From Octopus vulgaris (taxonomy: Eukaryota), in contig OX597833.1 of the NCBI GenBank assembly GCA_951406725.2, positions 20,832,001-20,896,000 of the forward strand: a DNA stretch of 64,000 nucleotides, written 5' to 3'. The stretch's first letter is position 1, and each line of letters opens with the position of its first letter. The notes beneath the pieces were generated by a model. The model worked only from the letters and a program-made list of their open reading frames with translations, did no database searches and was not told the DNA's origin. The position numbers and the translations under genes are program-made. Below, piece by piece: positions 41,630 to 54,100 of this stretch.

Positions 41630-42089
41630 ACGTTTGTGTGTCTGTGTTTGTCTCTCCAATATTGCTTGACAACCGATGCTGGTGTGTTTACGTCCCTGTA
41701 ACTTAGCGGTTCGGCAAAAGAGACAGATAGAATAAGTACTAGGCTTACAAAGAATAAATCCTTGGGTTGATTTGCTCGACTAAAGGCGGTGCTCCAGCAT
41801 GGCCACAGTCAAATGACTGAAACAAGTAAAAGAGTAAAAGAGATCCAACAGAAATGGATTCAACAAAAAAAGTATTCCATCCAGTGAGAGTAATACCAAT
41901 TTAAATACACAACTGAAAGAGCTACCAATAGTTTCATGCTTTTATGATACTTGAACAGGTATATCTATACAACAAAGCCTGAAAGATTACTTTAAGATAC
42001 ATGGTGTATTTTATAGATATGCCTGTTCAAGTATTATAGTAGCATGAAACTATCGGTAGCTCTTTTGGTTGTGTATTTCAATTGATATT

Positions 42090-42129
<40 letters not shown>

Positions 42130-45100
42130 TATGTATATGTGTCTTTTTGTCCGTGTCTGTCACCCACCACTGCTTGACAACCGGTGCTGGTGAGTCTATG
42201 TTCCCGTAACTTAGTGGTTCAGCAAAAGTGAGTGATAGAATAAGTGCCAGGCTTAAAAAATAAGTACTGGGGGAGATTCATTCGACTAAGAATTCTTCAA
42301 GGCGGTGCCCCAGCATGGCCGCACCCTAATGACTGAAAAAGATAATAGTAAAAGATAATAGATGTATGGCTTGCAAGGTTTGGATGCAGGATTTATGTAA
42401 CACAGTGGAAAGTGAGAGAAGAGGGAAGAGAAAGGGAGAGGAAAGGGAAAGAGGAAAGAAGAGGTGGAGGTGAGGGGGGAGCAGGGGTAGAAGGAGGTGA
42501 TGGAGAAGGGGAGTGAGGGGGCCAAGAGGGGAAGTAGGGAAGGTTAGGAAGGGATGAAAATGAGGAGAGCAAGGTGGAGGAACGAAGGAGGATAAGGAGG
42601 ACGAGAAGGGGAAGAGGAAGAAGGCGATGAAAAGGATGAAGGGGAGGATGAAAGGAGGAGGAACAGTAGGAGGGAGATGGTGAATGGAGGAGAAATGGAT
42701 GGAGGAAGAGTAAAAGAAAAAAAGAAGAGGAAGTAGAAAGAGGTGGATAAAGGGGAGAGTAAAGAGAGAGGGAAGCAGAAGAAGAAGAAGAAGAGGTGGA
42801 TGAAAGGGAGGGGGAATGGAAGAAGAAAAGGAGGAAGAAAAAGAGGACAATAAAGGGGAGAAGGGGAGAGTGAAGGGAGGGGACTCGAGGAGGGGGAGGG
42901 AAAAGAAGAGGAGGATAAAGGGGAGATGGGGAGAGTGAACGGAGAGGGAGTGGAAGAGGAGGAAGAAGGGGAGGAGGAGAGAAAGAAAAAGAAGAGGAAG
43001 GGGAATCGAGGAGGAGGAAGAGGATGAGGAGGGGGAGTGATAGAATCAAATGCCTACAATCTTAGAGAAATTCTGAGACTGATTCAAAGGCCAATGTATT
43101 GGGTATTGATTGACTTTCTGCTGGAGAGAGAGAGAGAGAGAGAGAAAGAGTGCATCAAATCAATGGCTTTGTCGATGTCTTCAGAAATTCTTTGATGATA
43201 TAACAGCCGAAACACAATGGCTAGATGTGTACTTTGTGGCCTTTGTTCGGTCTATTGATTACGGTTGTTGTTAATGGTGTCTGCAGCATTGGTTGGCTCT
43301 AATTCAGAAGACCATCTGTGACCCAAAAAGCATTCCAGCTGTAACCATCTGTCTTGTATTTTACCAGGCATAGGTGCAGGAATGGCTGTGTGGTTAAGAA
43401 GTTTGCTCACCGACCATGAGATTTCAGGTTCAGTCCTACTGCATGGCACGTTGAGCAAATGTCTTCTACAATAGCTCTGGGCCGACCAATGCCTTGTAAG
43501 TGAAAGTGGTAAATAGAAACTGTGGAGAAGCTTGTGTGTGTGTATGTGTGTGTGTGTGTGTGTGTGTTAGTGTTTGTCATTCTACATTGTTTGCAAACTG
43601 GTGTTGCTTTATGTCCTTGTAGCTTATCAGGTTCAGCAAGAGACTGATAGAATAAGTAACAGACTTAAAGAATAACTACAGGGGTCAATTTGTTTGATTA
43701 AACCCTTCAAGGCAGTGTCCCAGCATGGCCACAGTCTAATCACAGAAACATGTAAAAGATACATTTGAACAAACTGTTTTCAATTATTTCTTTTAATTGT
43801 GCTTACAAGTTGTTGCTAATATCTTGTGAGTAAGAAGGTCTCTGCAAGGCAAACTTGCTCTTGAAATATCTATATATATATATAAAACTGAGAATGTGTG
43901 TCTGTCTGTCTGTGTGTTTCCCTAAAACTTGAGAACTACACAGCCAATTTCATTCAAATTTTACACATGCCTTACTTAAGGTCCGGGGAGTGTCATCGGC
44001 AAAAAAAAATGTTAACTTTTTCCCTAGGGTGACCCCACAGCAATATCATATCTTCTCCACTATTTCAGTATTACGTGTAAAAAGTGAAACAAAACCATCT
44101 CTCTATTGTAATGCAGACACTTTCATTTTAATACTAAAACTATTAAAATGAAAGTATTATATAACAGGGATGAACCATTAATAGTGGTCATCCTCTTTAC
44201 AAGAAGAAGATCCGCTATAGTCTTATATGCTACACCACTGGTTTTCAATTCATATTAATCAAATTAACATGGTGGTGGTGGTGATGATGGTGGTGGTGAT
44301 GATCATGGTGGTGGTCATGGTGGTGGTTGTGGTTGTGGTCGTGGTGGTGGTGATGATGGTGGTGGTGGTGGTGATGATGGTGGTGGTCATGGTGGTAGTG
44401 GTGGTCATAGTGGTAGTGGTGATGGCGGTCATGGTGGTAGTGGTAGTGGTGGTGGTGTTGGTCGTCGTAGTGATGGTGGTGGTGTTTGTGGCAGAGTTGT
44501 CCTTGACTGTGAAGCTGTCATCTGGGTTCTTCCAATCTTTTCGTGTCGGTGGCGGAGTTGGCATCCATGCTCGCACCTGCACCTGTCTTGCTCCTCCCCT
44601 CCTTCATGAAGCTGTGGGGAAGGCAGGGTAGGGAAATTAATGTCGTAAGCGTTGTCAAGGAGACCAGTGACCTTTTCCCCAACAACTTCAAGGCTTTGAA
44701 GTCGCCATGCTCAAAACAGAAATGGTTAAGAAAGCCCAAAAACAAATTTACAAAATGGGGAAATACGCCACACGGAAGGTTTCCCGTGCAAAGAATTTGC
44801 ACAACCGTTCATGTCCGTTGCCAGCCTCGCCTGGCCCCCGTGCCGGTGGCACGTAAAAGCACCATCCGTTCGTGGCCGTTTGCTGGCTCTGTCTGGCACC
44901 TGTGCTGGTGGCACGTAAAAAGCACCCACTACACTCACGGAGTGGTTGGCGTTAGGAAGGGCATCCAGCCGTAGAAACACTGCCAGATCAGACTGGGCCT
45001 GATGCAGCCTTCTGGCTTCCCAGACCCCAGTTGAACCGTCCAACCCATGCTAGCATGGAAAGCGGACGCTAAATAATGATGAATGCTTTAGTTGTTGCAC

Positions 45101-48100
45101 AACTAATACATAAAAATTATCATCCAAACACAAACTTTTGAAGGCAATATTGTATGGCGATGGTACTTGTGAAATATGGTAATAGATTTAGTAGCCAAAA
45201 GGAGAGAGCAGAGGTATAGTATGGTGGTGGTTGTGGTGGTGTTGGTGGCGGTGGAAATAGCGCCAGTAGAGGTGGTAGTGGCAGCAGCGGTGGCGGTGGT
45301 GGTCATGGTGGTGGCGATGTTGGCGTCCATGCTCGCACCTGCACCTGTGTTGCTCCTCCCCTTCCTCCCTCCTTCATGAAGCTGTGGGGAAGGCATTGTA
45401 GGGAAATCAACGTTGTAAGCGTCGTCAAGGAGACCAGCTTTCTTTTAGAACAACAACTTCATGGCTTGAACAGAAATGGCTAAGAAAGCCGAAAGCAAAT
45501 TTACAAAATCGGGAAAAACGCCACACAGGGAAGGTTTCCCGTGCAAAGAATTTGCACAACCGAATGCTTTAGCTGTTGCACAACTTTTACATAAAAAATA
45601 TTATCCAAACACAAACTTTTGAAGCTTAGTATTGTCTTTTTTTATTTTTAACGCTTGTGCAAAATTGGATTTGTTTTTGGTGGTAGTGTTGGTGTCACTT
45701 GTAGTGGTTGAGGTTGTAGTAGTAGTGTTGTTGTTGGCAGTTATGGTAGACGGCAAACCGACGATATCGTTGCTGTTGTTGTTGTTGGTGGTGGTGGAAT
45801 TTCTCAATTCACTGGAGCCTCCTGGACTACCTCCACACATATTAGCACTTAAAGTTGGAACTCCTGTAATGCTACTCCGCAATCTGGAACCACCAAGACT
45901 TTGCAATGCAACACGACTGGTGATAAAGAAAATGATGTCACACATTATCGAGGCGATCATTCTTTCTGGATGTGGAAAAGGGGATGACGTCTTTATTCCA
46001 AGAATTCCTCTCACTCCATCAGGAGCAGAAATTCCATTTACATTCAGAAGACTGCAATTCCCCCTTTGTGTCAGCTTTGCCATGTCCATTAACAAATCTC
46101 AGGGTCAAACCCTCTCTGTAGCTGGTCTTCTCTTGGAAGAGCCCTGCTTCTCGCATGGGCAACTGTATGTTGGCTGCTCAAGAGTAGGAACCAAAAGAAA
46201 CCTTTTTGTATATGTTCCACAAGGAAAAACAAGGAACATTGTTTACAACGAGGTGTTATAATCTCAACAGCCAGGAGGTATATACATAATCCCCCTTTTT
46301 TTAAAAAAAACTTCATGTACTTTCATGTATTTATATTAATATACATATATATGTGCGTGTGTGTGTGTATCCATATATATATATATATATATATAACAGA
46401 AAAGTTTAATTCTTCAATTGAATATAACTGGGTAACGCTGGGTATCTCTGCTAGTTATAAATAAAATAAATGCACCCTTCGCAGTCCATTGCAGCGTTAC
46501 TCATTTTTGCCAGCTGAGTCGACTGGAGCAACGTGAAATGAAGTATTTTGCCCAAGAACACAATGCATTGCCCGGTCCAGGAATCAAAACCACCATCTTA
46601 CAATCATGGTGCTGACACCATAACTACTAAGCCATGCGCCTCCACCTTGAAATATTATTTGAAAAAAAAAAAAACCCTTTTGTTGGTGACCCAACTACTT
46701 TTCAAAAGCTACAGCATCATATTTATATCATTGTCATTTCAGCTGTATCAAGCTGAAAGCTGTGGTTGTCATCTTCATCTTCATTTAATGTCCATGTTCC
46801 ATGCTGTCATGGACCAGAGAAATCTGGTTAGCAATTAAGTATATCACTTCCCATTTTCTTGCCGTGAAAAAAGCTGACCTAATCATGAGGTGCAAGGAAA
46901 GGAAGGTGGTAAAGATGGTAGAGCTGACAATTGCCTGGGAAGTAAATATCAAAGATACTTTTTTTTTTTCAAGAAAGAAAGAAAATGCAGTGGGTTGGTT
47001 GAACTCTGTGAAAACAACAGATTGGAGACAATATGTCTTCCTGTAGACATGGGTGTTGGAGGATTTGCTAGAATCAGGGTTCACTTGATGCTTAGGAGTC
47101 TTTAACTAGTTGTGAATAAGAGAAAAGAGGTCAGCAGAAAACTGTCAGAACCTGCTAAGAAAGCAAGTCATTAAATTTAGCTCAAGAGTGAGGAAAGAGT
47201 GGAGGAGCAATTATGAGTATTGAGCATGGTAGAAACATCTGGCCTAGAGTCACAAAATCTAACTCAACAAAGCTTGTGCCGCTGTGCAGGAGTTTGTTGC
47301 CTACATCAGTGGCTGACCCTTTACAGTTCTGGTGTTGGAATGAAAGGGACCAAAATACCTACAACATTGCTTCACCACTGGATGAGACTTTGACTCCAGC
47401 TTTCAGAGATGGAATATAGCAGCCCCAACTCAGTACACAAGTGTTTATCCTAAAAATGGAGACTCAGGTGTGGTGAGCATCATCTTCATCAGTATTGAAG
47501 GAGAGCCTCAAAATGCTCTGAGTAATGACCCTTCACTTCCGACTATTTTATTTAAGCAAACACTTCCGATGTAAAGAAGACACAATGGAAACATTCCAAA
47601 GATAAATCTGAAAAACTAATGGAAACCTAACACTATGAGTTTATAAAGACAGACCATAAGTTGATGGACATTAAAAGAACTAAATTCTATGAAGATTACA
47701 GACCACAAGTCTATAAACAGAGATCAAAACTTAGATAATAAATTAATTACAAAAGCTTATTGAAAGTATCTTACGCACAATTTACTTGCTACATTATAAT
47801 CAATATGTTTCCTCTATACTTTCTAGTTTTACAAAACAAACTCTAACTTCATATAATGGGAGTTCTGAAGGTAATTAACAGCCACAAATATATCCAATAA
47901 AAATAGCTGTAATATTTTTGTTTCATAACAATCTATCATATTTGATGACATAAGATGCATTTTATTTTTCCCCAAAATGTCTCAAAAAATCACTCTGTAT
48001 CCTATATCTGAAGGTGGGTCCCTATATTTGAAGGTAGGTCTATCATACTCTTTACTCTCTTTTTACTCATTTACTCTTTTACTTGTTTCAGTCATTTGAT

Positions 48101-51100
48101 TCTGGCCATGCTAGAGCACCGCCTTTAGTCGAGCAAATCAACCCCAGGACTTATTCTTTGTAAGCCTAGTACTTATTCCATTGGTCTCTTTTGCTGAACC
48201 GCTAAGTTACGAGGACGTAAACACACCAGTATTGATTGTCAAGCGATGTTGGGGGACAAACACAGACATACAAACACACACACACATATATACATATACA
48301 TATATACAACGGGCTTCTTTCAATCTCCGTCTACCAAATCCACTCACAAGGCTTTGGTCGACCCGAGGCTATAGGTACCATGCAGTGGGACTGAACCGGG
48401 AACCATGTGGTTGGTAAGCAAGCTACTTACTACACAGCCACTCTTTAGTTTCTTTCCAAAACTTTTTCAATTTTGTGTTTAACTAACTATCACTTACAAT
48501 TTTATTTAAAAAAATTTATTTTTTAAATCCTCTTTAAAATCCTTAAAGTTTGAGATTTTTCTCATCATCATCATTATCATCGTTTAACGTCCGTTCTCCA
48601 TGCTAGCATGGGTTGGACAGTTCTGGCTTCCCAGATCCCCAGTCGAACTGTCCAACCCATGCTAGCATGGAGAACGGACATTAAACGATGATAATGATGA
48701 TGATGAGAAAAATCTCAAACTTTAAGGATTTTAAAGAGGATTTAAAAAATAAATTTTTTTAAATAAAATTGTAAGAGATAGTTAGTTAAACACAAAATTG
48801 AAAAAGTTTTGGAAAGAAACTAAAGAGTGACTGTGTAGTAAGTAGCTTGCTTACCAACCACATGGTTCCTGGTTCATGTTTTTAAAAATAATATATGTGG
48901 ACATTTCACATATATTATTTGTTTCTTCTCATAATTTCAATTCATTAAAAATTTTTGAAACTGAAACTTTGAAATTTAAACAAAATTTGGTGCACACAGA
49001 CACGCACACAAATATGCATGTGTGAATTGAGCAGACTCATTTCCTTTGGTTGCGTGCATGCATGAAGTTTTGCTTAAATTTTAAAATTTTGATTTCAGAA
49101 ATTAAATTGAAATTATGGAAAAACAAAAAACAAGTGATGTATTTTAAATGTCCATATTTAAAAACATATTTTTAAAAAATCAAAAAATCTCAGACTTTAA
49201 AGATTTTGGAGGTGGATTTTAAGAGATTAAAATAAAATTTTTTGGGGGGAAACTGTATATGACAGAGTTACTAGAATACAGAATTGAAAAACATTCCCAA
49301 AAGACCAAAAAAGCAACAAAATTATAGGGCGTTAAAGCTGTGCTAATAACAGAACCTCTCTATCTAACACTATAATACTAAAAGTCTGTGATTGCTTGCG
49401 TGTTTGTCTGTAATTTAATACAGCCAAACCAGCACATAATAGGAAAATATTCTGAAAGTAAGGTAGCCCTGAAATGTGAATACAAACAGAATTTTTAAAG
49501 TTTCATGTAAATTGGACCATGGATTCCCGAGATATGCAGTGTTTTGGGGTTTGTTTCCACAGATTTAAGCAGTGAAATCTGGAGTTATTGCCCTTTACTG
49601 TAAACATCTGAATAATATCGTTTGCGTGCTTGCTTGCATGCTTGTCTGTAATTTAATACAGCCAAACCGACACATAATGGGAAAATACTCTGAAAGTAAG
49701 GTGCCCCTGAAATGGGAATACAAATGGAATAAGACAAGTTTCATGTAAATCAGACAACGGATTCTCAAGATACGTGATTTTTTGGGGGTAACTTCATAAA
49801 TATCCAAAACAGCATACAATGGGAAAATACTCCAAAAGTAACATAACTCTGAAAGTGAAAATGACTTAAAAAATACAAATCTTTAAACAGACAATATTTT
49901 AATTATTAAAAAGTATTTTTAAGTGAATATGATTTGAAAAATATGAGTTGTTTGTAGAGTAAATATTTATATTTAGTTTTCTTTAAACAGACAATATTTT
50001 AATTATTTTGAAATATCTTTGTGATGATTTAAAAAAAAAAATTTTTTTGAGGTAAAAGGAATTTTTTCTAAGGTGAATATGATTTTCTATTCTTAGATCA
50101 TGCCTCGACAAGGAAGAAAGAAAACATCTGGTTGGTCTATAGATGGTGGGAAGAGAGCGTGGCTAAGGAGAGCTGAAGAGGGTGAGCAAGATAGTGGTGA
50201 ACGCCAACAAGATCGGGACAGGCATGTGGATAGAAGGATTGATGAGAGTGATAAAGGAAGGGAGAGATCAGGAATCGGATGCTAGGAGAGCTGAGCATCG
50301 GGTGGAATGGAGGGAAAGACACAGAAGCAGGGGAGATCATGAATCAGATGCTTGGAAAGCTGAACATCTTTACCAACAAACCATTAGGAATAGAGTAAGG
50401 ACAGTTCAACGATATGACCTCTCTGCAGATGTTGGACAAATGAATAAGATCTGTGTCTGTTGTCATGCAATGCTTTTTCATGGTGAAACTGCTAACTTTT
50501 GCTGTATGAATAGAAAAGTCAGGCTGGGGAATCTGCATCCCTTACCCCAGGAACTTCACAATGTATTTAGTACTGGAAATTGCAGCTGAGTTACCAGTGC
50601 CGTTGCCAGCACTGCCCCGACTGGCTTCGTGCCGGTGGCACATAAAAAGCACCTTCTGTTCGTGGCCGTTGCCAGCCTTGCCTGGCCCCCGTGCCGGTGG
50701 CACATAAAAAGCACCATCCGTTCGTGGCCGTTGCCAGCCTCGCCTGGCCCCCGTGCCGGTGGCACATAAAAAGCACCATCCGATCGTGACCGTTTGCCAG
50801 ACTCGTCTGGCACGTAAAAAGCACCCACTACACTCATGGAGTGGTTGACGTTAGGAAGGGCATCCAGCCGTAGAAACTTTGCCAGATAAGACCGGAGCCT
50901 GGTGCAGCCTTCTGGCTTCCCAGACCCCAGTTGAACCGTCCAACCCATGCTAGCATGGAAAGCGGACGCTAAACGATGATGATGATGATCAACCTAGGGC
51001 AAATGAGTTGAGGAAGAACTTCAGACGATACCCCATACAAATGAATTGAAATATTTAACTGAATCATCATAAAATTAACTTTTATCTCAATGCAATGTTG

Positions 51101-54100
51101 AAATTAGCTTCAATGTTTTATAACCTGAACTGTCAGTGATGGTTCAGGTTAATTAAATTTTCAATTTTAAATTGTATTAGCTTTGGTGTATACAACAAAA
51201 GTTTTAGCATATTCAATGCAGAAACACTTAAGGAAAATATATAGATTTGCATTTCAGTAACATAAAATTAACTTAACAAAAATAAAGTGAAAAGGAAAAA
51301 ATATATATATATATATATTTTTTTATGGTATTTATTTATCTAAGTAAATAATTGGCCAAAACATGGAGGAAAATACATAAAAAAGCAAACCTATGAAATT
51401 AGAGATATTTAAATCAGTTCCTACCTTACTAAGATAGAGTTATCATAATATTTTATGAGAAACAAACAATGCAACAGATTTCAGTATAATAAAGCTGCTG
51501 TTTACTGTGAGTAGAAGTCTTGTGGGTTTCCATCTTGACTGTAAAAGCCATTGAGAATCTGACTGGTATGAAGTTAGTACAGTACAAATTAGTTCCATCA
51601 AGTGTTGACTGTTAAGGTTTGCAGGATGTTTCGATTTCACAAAGTTCATTATAGAGTACAGGGATTCACATCAGTATGTAAATCAGTATTAAGTTGTGTC
51701 ACACACTAGTTTTCTTTAGTTCAGGATATTTCATTTCTGGAACTGGTTTCCAAAACCCAATTGCAGACAGGGATTTATGAATCATCTTTAAACCCAGGTC
51801 TTCCAGTAATTCCATTAGTTTCTCTTCTGCAGTAAATGATTCTATGGCTAGAAGTTTGAGAACTGGAAAGCTATCATTGACCACATCAACCACAAATGGG
51901 TTTACCAGACAGATGCATCTGATGGAATTATCAAGCAGTCCTTGCCATTTAGGTTTGTATTCTTCCTCTTCATTGCCATTTACATTCAGTATCGAGGAAT
52001 GTATTTATTCTTCTGAGATTGGATAAGTGACTGAGATTTCTTGACAATAGGCGTAGGAGTGGCTGTGTGGTAAGTATCTTGCTTACGAACCACGTGGTTC
52101 CAGGTTCAGTCCCACTGTATGGCACCTTGGGCAAGTGTCTTCTACTATAGCCTTGAGCCGAGCAAAGCCTTGTGAGTAGATTTGGTAGACGGAACCTGAA
52201 AGAAGCCCATCATATATATGTATATATAAATGTATGCGTGTGTATATGTTTATGTGTCTGTGCTTGACATCCCAACATCACTTGACAACCAATGCTGGTC
52301 TGTTTACGTCCCTATAACTTAGCGGTTCAGCAAAAGAGACTGATATAATAAGTACTAAGCTTACAAAGAATAAGTCCTGGAGGCGATTTGCTCGACTAAA
52401 GGCGGTGCTCCAGCATGGCCAGAGTCAAATGACTGAAACAAGTGAAAGAGTAAAGAGTAAAGAGTATATGTCTCTCTGAAAAACTTTTATTTGACTCAGT
52501 GGAACACCAGCATTTGTTGAGGCTCTATCACAATGCAACTTTTTTGTTAATGCCACAGGTTCTTTCTTTTACTTCAACTAAATCCAACATTTCTCCTTTC
52601 ACAATTAACTCAGAAGAAACATAACAAGCAAATAATGCTAATTGCGGGTTGTCTTGTCTGTCAATTGATTTTGAATGCAAGGAAATTTTTAAAATCATTT
52701 TGGATCTTGCTGGCAACATCACAACTGATCTGAAAGATACGCCTCTCTGTAGTGTCACACGAAACTGGTGTTTGAGTTATTAGCCACTCAGGTTTTGTGT
52801 TATTTGGATCTAACACTGCAACAATATTCTTTTCGAGAAATTCCCCATCAGAATATGGGTGTTTACCAAGAGCAATATTCCATGTTATAACAAAATTGGC
52901 TTCAGTCATTGCATTGGCTTCTCCACTGAACATTGTCAACAGTGTCTGCTGGCCACTTAGTAATGTTTTTAACACTGTCAGCTTGTGTTTCCTTAATTCT
53001 GATTTAGGTGGATAATCAGATGAGAAGTTTCTGTAATTCATTTTGTTATGGCATTTTAAGTTGATGGCTTTGTAATGACTAAGTGAAATTTGGCAAACGA
53101 GGCACAAAGCTTTACCTCCTTTATCAATGAATGCAAAGCCTTCATCCCACTCTAGCTTAAAATTTCTGTCTTCATCTTCACATCTTTGTTCCTTACAAGC
53201 TGATGATGTCATCTTCCTTCACAATTTTTTAACAGATTTTTGTTAACAAAACTTGTATCAAAAATCGGTCAACTAGGTATGAATGGTTGTATGGCTTATA
53301 TTAAATTACATTAATGTAGATGACAGAAATGCACATGAGGCTTTTCAATATTTCTATTGTATATCACATTTATGATGTGATATACAATAGAAATAATTAA
53401 AAGGCGGCGAGCTGGCAGAAACGTTAGCATGCCGGGCGAAATGCGTAGCCGTATTTTGTCTGTCGTTACGTTGTGAGTTCAAATTCCGCCGAGGTCGACT
53501 TTGCCTTTCATCCTTTCGGGGTCGATAAATTAAGTACCAGTTACACACTGGGGTCGATGTAATCGACTTAATACCTATGTCTAGCTTTGTTTGCCCCCTC
53601 TATGCTTAGCCCCTTGTGGGTAATAAAGAAATAGGTATTTCGTCAGCCATTATATTCTAAGTTCAAATTTCGCCGAGGTCAACTTTGCCTTTCATCCTTT
53701 CGGGATCAATAAATTAAGTATCAGTTATGCACTGGGGTCAATGTAATCGACTTAATCCCTTTGTCTGTCTTTTTTTGACCCCTCTATGTTTAGCCCCTTG
53801 TGGGCAACAAAGAAATAAGAAATGCGCTTGAGGCTAGACTAATAAATCTGTCTGTGACCTGTCTCATCCTCTGTCCATGCACATCAGTCTCGCCGATGAT
53901 ACCAGTCTTCTGGTATTCTTCTGTAATCCTTGCTTACCTTAAATTTCTCTAACCCCTCTGCCTCCTACCATTCCTACCCTCAGCACTAAAGAACAACACC
54001 TCACTCAGTTCTAGCATTATCTTTTAGAACTGCTTCTGTTATTCTGTTAGTCAATATTCTATTAATGGTGGGAGATCCATTATCAAGTAAAATAATATAA

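Noticed and set aside
45632-46261. Host PIF1 helicase gene or membrane-anchored helicase
   Set aside because: Only the C-terminal motifs are present, inside Helitron termini; the hydrophobic leader is a translated (GGT/GTT)n tract.
47425-47500. Further hammerhead candidates (also CTGATGA hits at ~7234, ~27844, ~36845 and a near-match at ~43193)
   Set aside because: GAAA box missing or mutated, no pairable stems, or a non-cleavable triplet.
50597-50830. CRISPR-like array (conserved ~25-bp motif separated by ~37-bp stretches)
   Set aside because: The 'spacers' are near-identical to each other, the array is part of a LINE 3' UTR in animal DNA, and there are no cas genes.
52528-53212. Domesticated GTF2IRD2/EPM2AIP1/ZBED-like gene
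   Set aside because: Frameshifts, stops, deletions and a SINE insertion indicate a dead hAT copy.
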